Positions 47,422 to 56,776 of a DNA stretch of 64,000 nt are shown one piece after another. How positions within the stretch are numbered: the stretch's first letter is position 1; each line of letters starts with the position of its first letter. The translations under genes were made by a program, and so were the position numbers. Source of the DNA: Planctomycetota bacterium (lineage in GTDB: Bacteria; Planctomycetota; UBA8108; SXIK01); contig CBDCXR010000004.1 in the NCBI GenBank assembly GCA_965223845.1, positions 6,113,252-6,177,251 on the forward strand, written 5' to 3'. Under the pieces are notes generated by a model that was given only the letters and a program-made list of their open reading frames with translations, searched no databases and had not been told where the DNA came from.

Positions 47422-47822
47422 CGCTGGCGCTTCGCGGATTCGACGATCAGCTCCGGATCGTGAAGCGCGAGCGCACGCGACTCCATCGCCGGAGGCGAGA
47501 TCGCGCCCACGTCCTCGGTACTCGTCAGCTCGAAGATCAACATCAACGCTCCGAGTCGGATCACGAACGCAAGGACCGTGATGATGAGCGCCTTGAAGAG
47601 GTCGATGTCCATGAGTTTCGAGAGCAGCACAAAGAACACGATGAGCGAAGCGATTCCGCCGATCGCAGGGATGAACTGCACGAGAGAGGAGATGAGCGCG
47701 ATGATTCCAAACTCGAGGAACTTTCCTTCATCGCCGATGAGCTTCGCCGCGATCCAAAGACTCGCGGTGTAGATCGCGAGTCCGACGAGGAATATCACGA
47801 GTAACTCGACAAAGTCGGACAT
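47418..47822 (-). CDS. small polytopic membrane protein, unknown function
   Basis: Track ORF 47418..47843. ATG 47822 has GAGGAGG/CAGGAG upstream. MSDFVELLVIFLVGLAIY..., with 3-4 hydrophobic segments and a soluble tail. It is coupled to the first paralogue. Confidence 0.65.
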   Translation of the reverse strand: MSDFVELLVIFLVGLAIYTASLWIAAKLIGDEGKFLEFGIIALISSLVQFIPAIGGIASLIVFFVLLSKLMDIDLFKALIITVLAFVIRLGALMLIFELTSTEDVGAISPPAMESRALALHDPELIVESAKRQR

Positions 47823-47942
47823 CGAACTCCTGGACCTCCTCAAACCGGCGGATCATTCCACATCGCGAGGCGAGATTCGGGCCTCTACGCACCGTCTCCT
47901 CGGATTCTTCGCTCTCCGCCGGAGACGTGCGAGCGCTCGGAG

Positions 47943-48518
47943 CTAGCCCACCGGCGCCACCTCCGGCCACAGCCACCCGAATGTCGCCGCTGTCACAAGT
48001 CCGTAGACGACGCCGTCGCCCAGATGTTTCGCCGTGTTCGACCACTTGTGGCCCTTCCAGATCGAGTCCGGGAGATTCGCGATCCCGTAGGCGGCGATCG
48101 CAGCCGCGCCCACCACGCGAAACACCGCCGCGAACCCCGCGCCGGGGCCGAGTCCGTTCCACGACGCGTACGCGACGAAGAGGCCGACGAGGACCGAGTA
48201 GAGGAACCACTGGACGAGGCTCTTCCCCATCGTCATCGGGCCGCTCGGAAGGATCGTCAAAAAGCCGACCGGTCCCTGCTTGTACTTCTCGAGCATCTCC
48301 GGCGACGACATGTCTTTCATCTCGCGGCAAAACGGGAAGTGATAGTCGCCGCGCGTGATGCCTTGCTCACGCATCGCCGCGAGGACGCTTGCCTCGCCGG
48401 GTATTTGCTCGTAGTCCTTCCGGTGGATCGGGAGAACCATGTGGAGGATGGAGCTCGCGACGAAGACGAAGACCGCCGAGAGAAGGATCGGGAGCCACAG
48501 CTCGGTGAGGAACTCCAT
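47943..48518 (-). CDS. membrane protein, unknown function (about 4 TM)
   Basis: 191 aa, AAGGAGAG RBS. MEFLTELWLPILLSAVFVFVASSILHMV...; SLVQWFLYSVLVGLFVAY; VVYGLVTAATFGWLW. Confidence 0.65.
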   Translation of the reverse strand: MEFLTELWLPILLSAVFVFVASSILHMVLPIHRKDYEQIPGEASVLAAMREQGITRGDYHFPFCREMKDMSSPEMLEKYKQGPVGFLTILPSGPMTMGKSLVQWFLYSVLVGLFVAYASWNGLGPGAGFAAVFRVVGAAAIAAYGIANLPDSIWKGHKWSNTAKHLGDGVVYGLVTAATFGWLWPEVAPVG

Positions 48519-48685
48519 AACGCTCTCCTTTGTCGTGAATCGATCGCGTGAACGCGCCGGAAGGCTCCGGACGCGTTCGGATTCTACTCTTCGCGACGAT
48601 TCACGCCGAGCGTCGATCCTCCTGCCGAGGCGAAGTGGCGCCGGCCCGGACGGGATCGTCCGTTACCGAGCCGGCGCGTGGGGGA

Positions 48686-49624
48686 TTACGCGTAGGAGTA
48701 GCCGAGCGCTGCGATATCGCGCGTGTCGGCTTCGGTCTCACTCCACGGATCCATGATCGCCGCGGAGCCGGTGAGCGACGGGTGTTCGGTCGGATGCGTC
48801 TGCTGCCACTCGTGCCAGATCCGGTCGATCTCGGCGTGATGCATCCAGAAGATCGGATCGCACGGCGCAGTCGGAACGATTCCCATCGAGCCGCCGACCC
48901 ACACGTGACCCGAGTCGTGGACGCCCTCGAGATCCTGCCAAAACGGAACGAACGTCGCATTTCCCATCGCGGCGGTGACGTCGGCCGTATCGGGTAGAGT
49001 CGCGAACACGCCGATGTTGCGGGTGACCGTATGCGGACCGCTCGCGAGATTGACGGTCGGTGTGAATCCGAGCAGCCAAGACGGGAACGCTTGCTCTTCG
49101 CTCGACTTCCAGTAGGGAAGGCACACCGTAGGATCGATCGATTGGAGCAGCTCTTCGAGGCGCAGCAGATAGATTCGGTGCCACGGCAGGAAGCGCGGAT
49201 GCTGATGCATCTGGTGCGTCGAGTTCGCGTGGATGTCGACGAGCGGGCCGAGCGCGCCGAGAGCGTTCGCCTGCGCGAATGCGTTCAGGAAGCGAGTCTG
49301 CTGATCGGACGTGAGCGTCCGGTGGTCGCGACGCACACACAGCCGCTGGGGATCATTGTCGTCACCGTCGTCCTCGTGGCACTTCGTCGGCGGCTTGTAA
49401 CACTTCTCGATCGGCCTGAAGCACGAATGGTCGTACGAGTGTGGGACGTACGGCGGTGGATCCTTCGTCGCGTAGGAACCGTAGAGGTCCGGGTCCGGAT
49501 ACCGCGGATTCTCCGGTGGCTTGTGATGCGAATGGTCCGGTCGACCGTGGTCGTCGTAGTCCTTCTCGTAGCACGGATTCGGTTTCGGTTTCTTGTGGTG
49601 TTCGTGTTGTTTCCCTTTGCCCAC
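48686..49624 (-). CDS. tyrosinase / type-3 copper polyphenol oxidase with His/Tyr/Pro-rich N-terminal extension
   Basis: Track ORF 48686..49744. I prefer GTG 49624, with GGGAGA 6 nt upstream. CuA: HANSTHQMHQHPRFLPWHRIYL. CuB: HDSGHVWVGG...CDPIFWMHHAEIDRIWHEWQ. No signal peptide is visible. Confidence 0.8.
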   Translation of the reverse strand: MGKGKQHEHHKKPKPNPCYEKDYDDHGRPDHSHHKPPENPRYPDPDLYGSYATKDPPPYVPHSYDHSCFRPIEKCYKPPTKCHEDDGDDNDPQRLCVRRDHRTLTSDQQTRFLNAFAQANALGALGPLVDIHANSTHQMHQHPRFLPWHRIYLLRLEELLQSIDPTVCLPYWKSSEEQAFPSWLLGFTPTVNLASGPHTVTRNIGVFATLPDTADVTAAMGNATFVPFWQDLEGVHDSGHVWVGGSMGIVPTAPCDPIFWMHHAEIDRIWHEWQQTHPTEHPSLTGSAAIMDPWSETEADTRDIAALGYSYA

Positions 49625-49814
49625 GGATCGTCTCCCTTGAGAACAAACTGACTCGTTCGATCGTGCGACAAGTCCACCGCTATCGGTGGGCTTACCGCGT
49701 CCCAGTACCCCGATCGAGCGGACCCGTTTCGGTCCGCCGCGCAATCGACCGCGGCGTGCGCTTTGGGAAACGCACGCGTTCGCAAGATGCGGTTCGGTTC
49801 GCGCTACCCGGCCG

Positions 49815-50402
49815 TCACTTCTCGGCCAGCGCGGCCGCGGCGCTCGCCTGAAGCGGAGATTCTGCGTTTTCGGCTAACGCGCGAAGGGCCGCCTTCGCGC
49901 CGTCCGTCGCGAGAACACCGAGACCGAGCACCGCTTGGCTGCGGTAGCTGAGCGCGAAGTTCTCGCGAGCGCGGGTGACGACCTCGTCCTCGCTCCGGCC
50001 GCGCAGCGCCTCGAGATCGTCGCCTTCGAGCCCGAACGTCTCGCCCCCTTTCAGTTGCTCGTTCGTCTGCGCGAATCTACGGCGCGCACCGCTCTCGACG
50101 TCCGCGAGGAGCTCGTCGTCCGGACCGTCCGCGACTGCCTTGAGGAAGATCGCCTCGAGCTCCGCGGCTCGTTCGGCGAGGGCAGTTTCGACCGAGTCGT
50201 CGTCGCCGAGATCGCAAGCTTCGAGGAGCCAGAGCTCGGCGAGGTCGTTCGCGGGAAGCTCCGCCGGCGCCAGTGGGTTCGCCAGCTGGGCGGGAGCACC
50301 GCCAGAGCTCGACGTCGTCTCGCACGATACGAGAAGGCCGAGCACCGCGAGCACTCCGGCGACGCGAGTCGAGAGGAAATTGGATCGTCTGGATCGCACC
50401 AT
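49815..50402 (-). CDS. lipoprotein, unknown function (acidic, helical)
   Basis: 195 aa. Lipobox: VAGVLAVLGLLVSC. The rest is Ala/Glu/Leu/Asp-rich. Confidence 0.6.
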   Translation of the reverse strand: MVRSRRSNFLSTRVAGVLAVLGLLVSCETTSSSGGAPAQLANPLAPAELPANDLAELWLLEACDLGDDDSVETALAERAAELEAIFLKAVADGPDDELLADVESGARRRFAQTNEQLKGGETFGLEGDDLEALRGRSEDEVVTRARENFALSYRSQAVLGLGVLATDGAKAALRALAENAESPLQASAAAALAEK

Positions 50403-50435
50403 GGTCTTCGTCTCCCGTAATTCCTCGAGCGGAGC

Positions 50436-51389
50436 TCAGTTGGCTGGCCATACACCGTCCGCCCAGAGACGGGTGTTGATTGCCGGGCAGTTGTTGTTCG
50501 ACGCCCCGTGCGTGCAGTTGCGCGTTGGAAGACCCGGACGCGCGTTGTACGTCGTGTTGAGCGCCGAGTTGCCGTCGAGATGCATACGGAAGAGCTGGCC
50601 TTCCGTGATGAACTCCCTCGTGCTGCTCGCGCTGTGCATGATGTTCGTCTGATCGAACGTCGCCTGGCCGTTCGTGTGCTCGAGGTCGAAGTTGTGGCCG
50701 AACTCGTGGACGAGAAGCTCGTCGTTCGTCGCTCGCCCCATCGCTACGAAGTCGCTCCCAAATGCGCAGGCCTGACCGCGACCGGTGCCGCCGTCGACCG
50801 TATCCACCCAGTAGATATTGATCCGATTCGCTCGGCGACCGATGTCGGTTTGAATCCCGGCGCGGAGCCCGCAATTGAAATTGAAGTAGGTCGGAGCATC
50901 GGGATCGCCGGTCGCGTTCACGATCTCGATCGCGGAGAAGCCGATCCCCATTCGCTCGTTGTTCCAGATCGTCGCCGTCGTGAGGAGGTGATTGAGCGCC
51001 AGGTTTCGCTGGGGAATGAACGGGCCGCGAACGATCCACACGGTCACCGGAATGAGGATGCGATTCGGGAAGTCGACCCGAACGCGGTCGAACGCCGAGC
51101 TAGTCCAGCCGACGTTCTCTTCGAGCGCGACGGGTCGTCCGTTCGTGAACGCGGTGACTTCCTCGTTCGACGCGGAACCCGCGTTGATGCGGCCGATCCA
51201 CCGGCGCCGGTTCGTCGAGCGGTAGCGCTGGTCGTTGACCGGACCGCCCGCACGGGTCCCGTCGACGAGCATTCCCCATTCGGTGGGGAGCGGCGCGTTC
51301 ACCACCTCGACGGAATCGCAGCCGGCGAGACCGACTCCGAGCACAAAGCAACAAATCGATCGCGAAACAATGGCTGATCGCTCGATCAT
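50436..51389 (-). CDS. zinc metalloprotease lipoprotein (metzincin-like HExxHxxxxxH)
   Basis: 317 aa, AGGAGG RBS. Lipobox: CCFVLGVGLAGC. HEFGHNFDLEH motif, followed downstream by NIMHSAS (a possible Met-turn). Confidence 0.7.
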   Translation of the reverse strand: MIERSAIVSRSICCFVLGVGLAGCDSVEVVNAPLPTEWGMLVDGTRAGGPVNDQRYRSTNRRRWIGRINAGSASNEEVTAFTNGRPVALEENVGWTSSAFDRVRVDFPNRILIPVTVWIVRGPFIPQRNLALNHLLTTATIWNNERMGIGFSAIEIVNATGDPDAPTYFNFNCGLRAGIQTDIGRRANRINIYWVDTVDGGTGRGQACAFGSDFVAMGRATNDELLVHEFGHNFDLEHTNGQATFDQTNIMHSASSTREFITEGQLFRMHLDGNSALNTTYNARPGLPTRNCTHGASNNNCPAINTRLWADGVWPAN

Positions 51390-51507
51390 GGCGACCTCCT
51401 ACAACAACTCCCGGATTGACGCGGCGACTGCCCTTGAGATCGATAAGAACGAGAATCCAGCCGGCGTAACACGATTTCTCGGCGAAAACATCGCCAAGGA
51501 TCTCTCG

Positions 51508-52359
51508 CTACTCGGGCGAACGCTGGTCGGACCCGCCGAGAGCCTCCCGCAGCGCCCGCGCGAGCGCGATCGTCCGCTCGTGGTCCGCGATCGCATCTTC
51601 GTCGACGTCCTTCCGACCGGCGTACGTCGCTCGGAGCTCATCGCTGAAAAACGAGCGGTCGCCCGACTTGTAGCGCTGGAGGTCTTCTTCGTATGCGGCT
51701 GCGACGTTTTCGAGAAACCGGCGGCATTCATCCCGGCTTCCCGGGCGGTGGCTCCGGACGAAATCGGTGAGGAACGAGACGCAGCTCGTGAGGTCCTCGT
51801 TCGTCCGTCGGCTGGCCTCGAGGAGATCTGGAATGAGGCGGGCGCTTCCGGCGCGCTTCCAGATTCGATCGCGAAAGAGGCAGCGCACCTCCGGTGGAAG
51901 GGGTCGATACGCGCTGCACTCGCTCGGGAGCGGCGAATCGATGTGAGTGAGGCGAACGAAGCGCTCGATGATCACCGGAGGCACCGGAAACTGAAGGGTC
52001 CTTCCTTCGATCTCGAGAACGAACTTGAGGCCCTGCTCGACGAGCGCTTCGACCACCTCCGCGATGTGATCGGCGTCGAGATGGCCCTCGCCGAGGACGT
52101 CCTCGAAGCGCTCACGCGTCTCGCGCGTCGGGGTGAAGAGCGGCGAGAGGAGCAGCTCGAGCTCGTAGCCTTCGAGCGTCGCGAGCTCCCGCTGGAGCCA
52201 CGAGACGGTTTCGCCAGCCGGCACGTCGTGCTGGCTTCGAAGGTACTCGGCGACTTGCGGCGTGAGCGCGCGCGGAGCGCAGAGCAGCTCGCGCGCGACG
52301 TCGACGACCGCGCTCAGCTCAGGCGTTCGCGGCCTCGCGAGCTTCTTTGATGTCGGCAT
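51508..52359 (-). CDS. hypothetical protein (helical, no recognised family)
   Basis: 283-aa ORF. ATG 52359 overlaps the 3' end of the PFOR TPP-subunit gene by 41 nt. No in-frame ATG/GTG lies between the upstream stop and codon 21. Confidence 0.55.
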   Translation of the reverse strand: MPTSKKLARPRTPELSAVVDVARELLCAPRALTPQVAEYLRSQHDVPAGETVSWLQRELATLEGYELELLLSPLFTPTRETRERFEDVLGEGHLDADHIAEVVEALVEQGLKFVLEIEGRTLQFPVPPVIIERFVRLTHIDSPLPSECSAYRPLPPEVRCLFRDRIWKRAGSARLIPDLLEASRRTNEDLTSCVSFLTDFVRSHRPGSRDECRRFLENVAAAYEEDLQRYKSGDRSFFSDELRATYAGRKDVDEDAIADHERTIALARALREALGGSDQRSPE

Positions 52360-53974
52360 TTTCGATCCCCGCGAGCTCCTGTAGGCGCCGCCAGTTTTGG
52401 AGGCGCTCCTTCTGGGCCTTCAGGATCACTTCCGTAACGGGATTGCCGTCTTTATCGAAGTGCTTGCGGAAACGCCCCTCGGTCTTCGCCCACTCGAGAA
52501 ACGTCACCGGTCGGTCGGAACCGTCGGCCGCCTTGCGCACGTACCAGTCGCGCTGAGCGCTCGGGTTTCCTGCGAGCGAGAGACACTCCTTGATCGAGTC
52601 TCCCTTGTCCGGATCGTACGTGAAGACCGGGAACGCGCGCGATTCGACTGCGAGGCGCGCCTGCGCGCCCGCCATGTCGTCCGCGACGCCGTGCTCGGGC
52701 TGACAGGTCGTGAAGACGTTGATCACCGCCGGGCCGCGGAATGCGTTCGCGCGCTCGATCGCTCCGTAGAAGTGTTTCGCCATCGGTCCGACCGTCTGCG
52801 CGACGTAGGTGCGCGGGTGGAAGATGGAGAGGATGCCGAGCTCCTTTCGCGCTTCGACCTTGCCGTGAACGGCCTTGCCGTGCGAGCTCATCTTCGCCTC
52901 TTGGCCGACGAAGGTCGCCGTCGAGGTCTGACCGCCGGTGTTCGAGTACACCTGCGTATCGAGGACGAGCACCTTGATGTTCATGCCGGAGGTGAGGAGG
53001 CGCGAGAGCGACTGAAAGCCGATGTCGAGCATCGCGCCGTCGCCGCCGACCACCCAGAGCGGCCAGTCCTCGTGACCCATCGCGTCCCAGCACGCGCGGA
53101 TCCCCATCGCATCGGCCGGCGCATTCTCGAAGAGGGGGTTCGTCCACGGGACCATGAACGGATTGTAGGGATAGGTCGAGCCGTAGACGGTGTTGCAGCC
53201 CGTCGCAGCGACGATGCCCCAGTTGTTGCCGTAGACTTCGGACGTCGCGGCCATGAACTGACGCAGGACGGACGCCTCGCCGCACCCCATGCAGCTCCCC
53301 GCACCGCCGACGTACGACAGGTTGTCGTCGTTCAGCATCAAGTCGCGCTTGTCCTTGACGACGCGGTGTTCCGGTTTCGTGTTCGGAAGTGCGCCGTAGA
53401 ACTCGAACGTCTCGAGGAAGCGCGGCAGATTGTCGGGCGTCTTCTTGATCATTCGCAGCGCGTCGTGATCGCCGCACACCTCGACGCACTCGGCGCAGCC
53501 CTTGCATTTCGTCGGATCGATGAAGATCCCGAACCACGCGCCCTCGGGCAACTCCGGTTTCTTGGCGCGTTTCTTTTCGTACGACGTGAAGTACTTCGTC
53601 GTCTCGACGAATTGCTCCTTCAGGAAATCGCGCAGATCCTCGTTTTCGACCTCATCGCACTGGTTCTCGACGATCTCGCGCGGGATCGCCTTCGCTAGGA
53701 TCGCCGTGTCGGGGCAGTTCGTCACGCAGTCCATGCAGCCGACGCAGGCTTCGGCATTGAACTCGGGGAGTTCGGGGGCGATGTAGCTGAAGTCGCGCGC
53801 GCGACCCGTTCCCGCGGGGATGATCGAGCGCGCGACGAAGGCGTCGGCTTCGAGCGAAGACCCGCTCCCCCGGTTGTACGCCTCGACGACCTCGTTCGCG
53901 CGGTCGAAGTCGAACCAATCGTCGACCGAGTACACCTTCGAGCTGAGAGTGGACGACTGTCGCGTGTCCTTCAT
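52319..53974 (-). CDS. PFOR-type 2-oxoacid:ferredoxin oxidoreductase, ferredoxin + TPP-binding part (domains V-VI equivalent)
   Basis: 551 aa. Two 4Fe-4S motifs: CVGCMDCVTNCP and CKGCAECVEVCG. TPP motif: GGDGAMLDIGFQSLSRLL...LVLDTQVYSNTGGQ. Confidence 0.85.
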   Translation of the reverse strand: MKDTRQSSTLSSKVYSVDDWFDFDRANEVVEAYNRGSGSSLEADAFVARSIIPAGTGRARDFSYIAPELPEFNAEACVGCMDCVTNCPDTAILAKAIPREIVENQCDEVENEDLRDFLKEQFVETTKYFTSYEKKRAKKPELPEGAWFGIFIDPTKCKGCAECVEVCGDHDALRMIKKTPDNLPRFLETFEFYGALPNTKPEHRVVKDKRDLMLNDDNLSYVGGAGSCMGCGEASVLRQFMAATSEVYGNNWGIVAATGCNTVYGSTYPYNPFMVPWTNPLFENAPADAMGIRACWDAMGHEDWPLWVVGGDGAMLDIGFQSLSRLLTSGMNIKVLVLDTQVYSNTGGQTSTATFVGQEAKMSSHGKAVHGKVEARKELGILSIFHPRTYVAQTVGPMAKHFYGAIERANAFRGPAVINVFTTCQPEHGVADDMAGAQARLAVESRAFPVFTYDPDKGDSIKECLSLAGNPSAQRDWYVRKAADGSDRPVTFLEWAKTEGRFRKHFDKDGNPVTEVILKAQKERLQNWRRLQELAGIENADIKEAREAANA

Positions 53975-53992
53975 AACCGATCCTTGACTGGC

Positions 53993-56062
53993 CTAGATAA
54001 AGAACGCGTTCGTATCTTTTCCCTTCGCTTCCCACTCTGCTCGACCGAGCTCGATCGTCGCCGGGTCGGTCGCTTCCATGAGCGAACGCGGGACCTCGAA
54101 GACTTCCTCGTAGCCCATCTTCACGGCGCGAAGATTGTCCTGAATCACCTGGTCGCCGCGCTTCCCGAAGTAGTACCGGAGCGGCGTTTCCACGCGTTTG
54201 AAGAGCTCCTCATTCTCGATGCCCGATTCATCCTTGAAGGGCGTGACTTTGAGGAAAACGCCGAGGAGAACGATTCCCTGGAACCGCTGGACGAGTGAGT
54301 CGTCCGCGCGGCAACACGCGCGCGCAATCCGCACGGTGTCGACGGCGTAGAAGCGGATGTTGTTCTCGATGAAGAAGTACTTCGCCCAGTGCGGAATCGA
54401 ATTCCAGAGCGCTTCGACCTCTTCCGTGTCCGTATGCTGAAACACGGCTCCGCTCGGCCCGAGGCCGACGAGCGGATTTCCCATGTTCCAGGTGTTCGGA
54501 TCCATGAGCGGAACGAACTCGACCTGCTGGAGCTCGGAGTGCGTTTGGATCTTTCCCGAGCGCGTGACGGTCAGATACGTATTCGTCGGGAGGCCCTTCT
54601 TCTCCGAGCCGTACTTCGGCGACGCCTGAACGGAGAAGCCGAAAATGTCGCCGAGCGATTTCGCGATGACCTTGTTGGTGGTGACCGAGCCGTAGCCGCC
54701 GACCGAGTGCCCCCGAATCGAGAACGATCCGGGCGGCCGAACGTCCGGCTCGTCGTCGACGGGGAGCGTGTTCTCGTAGTCGACGCCGAGGACGAAGAAG
54801 CGCTTTCCACGAGCTCCGGTGAGTCGATTGACGGGACCCTCCGCCATGTTCTTTACGCACGCGACCATCTGTCCCGGCGTCACGTCGCGCGAGCCGAGAC
54901 CCGCGCAGCCGGAGTAGACCCGAGGAACGCGTGAGATCGAGGGGTAACCCTCGAGTCCCATGGCCGCCTTCGCGAACGCGGCTTCGAGCTCGGCCGTGAG
55001 CGGATTGTCGACCGCGAGGGGAACGTCGAGTCGTTCGATCACGCTGATCGCCTGAGTGTTCTTGAGCGCCTCGACGAGCTCGGCACCGGGGAACGGACGG
55101 AACGAGACGACGTTGACGACGCCCGCGCGGTAGCCGAGCGAGCGCAGGTGATCGATGGTCGCGATCGCCGTGTCCGCGGTCGACCCCATCGAGACGATCG
55201 CGAAGTCGGCGTCCTCCATCCCCACGGTCTCGATCAGACCGTATTTTCGGCCGGTGAGACGCCCGAACTCGTCCATCGCCTTCACGAGAAACTCGGGAAC
55301 GCGATCGTAGTAGAGTCGCTGCGCGATCTTTCCCGTCATGTAGCTGTCTTGGTTTTGCACGACGCCGCTCATGAGCGGATTCCGCGGATCGAAGACGCGC
55401 TGGATGCGTTCCTCCGGGCGACCGAGGTACTCGCGGATGAGATCGTCCTCCGGGAAGAGGACGTTTTCGATCGTGTGCGTCGTGAGGAAACCGTCCTGGA
55501 TGTTCATGAACGGCGTGAGCGAATCTTCCGCCGCGCGACGGCTGATCAGCGCGAAGTCACCGGCTTCCTGCACGTTCTTCGCAAAGAGCATCCCCCAGCC
55601 GCAATCGACGACCGCCATGACGTCGTCGTGGCCCGCGTGGACGTTGAGCGAGTGCGATGTCAGTGCGCGAGCGGCGATGTGGAACACGATCGGGAGACGC
55701 TTTCCCGAGATCGTGTAGAGGACCTCTTTCATGAGGACGAGGCCCTGTCCCGAAGTGAAGTTCGTCACCCGCCCCCCCGCGAGCGCGAATCCTTCGCAGC
55801 CTGTCGCGGAGGAGTGCTCGGACTCCATCTCCATCCACTGGAGAGGCTGTCCCCACACATTGCGGACGCCGTCGGCCACCGCGGCTTGGTAGCCCACCCC
55901 CATCTGGGTCGAGGAGGTGATGGGATACGCGGCCGAGCCCTGCGTGCCGCGCGTCTCCACGTAGACGATCATGGCGGTGCCGTCCGCCGTGCCGACCACG
56001 CCCGGGTACTGCGCCGTTTGCTCAGGGGCCACCGGCTCGCTGAGCGGGACTTCCACCTTCAT
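53993..56062 (-). CDS. PFOR-type 2-oxoacid:ferredoxin oxidoreductase, N-terminal part (domains I-III equivalent)
   Basis: 689 aa. YPITSSTQM, GGRVTNFTSGQGLVLM, IRGHSVGGYGSVTTNKV and GSEKKGLPT are typical pyruvate:ferredoxin/flavodoxin oxidoreductase strings. It lies 18 nt upstream of the TPP part. Confidence 0.85.
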   Translation of the reverse strand: MKVEVPLSEPVAPEQTAQYPGVVGTADGTAMIVYVETRGTQGSAAYPITSSTQMGVGYQAAVADGVRNVWGQPLQWMEMESEHSSATGCEGFALAGGRVTNFTSGQGLVLMKEVLYTISGKRLPIVFHIAARALTSHSLNVHAGHDDVMAVVDCGWGMLFAKNVQEAGDFALISRRAAEDSLTPFMNIQDGFLTTHTIENVLFPEDDLIREYLGRPEERIQRVFDPRNPLMSGVVQNQDSYMTGKIAQRLYYDRVPEFLVKAMDEFGRLTGRKYGLIETVGMEDADFAIVSMGSTADTAIATIDHLRSLGYRAGVVNVVSFRPFPGAELVEALKNTQAISVIERLDVPLAVDNPLTAELEAAFAKAAMGLEGYPSISRVPRVYSGCAGLGSRDVTPGQMVACVKNMAEGPVNRLTGARGKRFFVLGVDYENTLPVDDEPDVRPPGSFSIRGHSVGGYGSVTTNKVIAKSLGDIFGFSVQASPKYGSEKKGLPTNTYLTVTRSGKIQTHSELQQVEFVPLMDPNTWNMGNPLVGLGPSGAVFQHTDTEEVEALWNSIPHWAKYFFIENNIRFYAVDTVRIARACCRADDSLVQRFQGIVLLGVFLKVTPFKDESGIENEELFKRVETPLRYYFGKRGDQVIQDNLRAVKMGYEEVFEVPRSLMEATDPATIELGRAEWEAKGKDTNAFFI

Positions 56063-56776
56063 ACGCTAGCTCCGACCGTTCTTTTCCCGCGGGCAGCGGA
56101 GCCGAGGCAAGCGTACGAAATCGAAAACCTTCCGCCCGCGCGGGGCGCGTCCAGGCGAAAGGCGCCTTGGGAAGTCCGCTGCGATCTGTCCGAGTTGTTG
56201 GTTCTCCCGGGTCTGGGGAAGTGGGTCCACGCCAGTTCGGGACTCGGCCATCAGGATACGCGGTCGGGTGGGTTGGGGGTATGGGTTTTTAGGGGAACGC
56301 CCCTGTGAAGCAATCGTAAATGCCGTCGCCATGGGGGGATGCGGGCGGTCGGTGAACCCCCGTTCCCGGCGGTCATCGATCGCGAAGACGTGGTTGACGG
56401 AGGCCGTCCGGGTGGGAGCGACTCCGCGAATCCGAGAGCCCGGAATCGAGGATCCGGGTCGGCCCGCGGGGGCGTCTCTCGGCCGGGGAGCGTCTCGAAT
56501 CTGTGTCGCCGCCGTGGCGGTCCCGGTTGCGCTCCGCTCGAGCTCAGTCGCCGATAGCGGAGTTCAACGAATCGTCGGGCGACGTTCGACGTGAATGAGC
56601 TCGAGGCCGGGACGATTTCGCCCGCACTTAGCTAGCCCGTTGTTCGGGGCGGCGTTCGTCGATGGCGGCACAAGGAATGTTAAGCTGTAAGCCTTACCTC
56701 AGTCGGCATAGTTCGCTCACTCAAGATCTTCTCGAGCGGGCGAACGAGACTCAATCCCACTTTGGTGAATGGGCAG

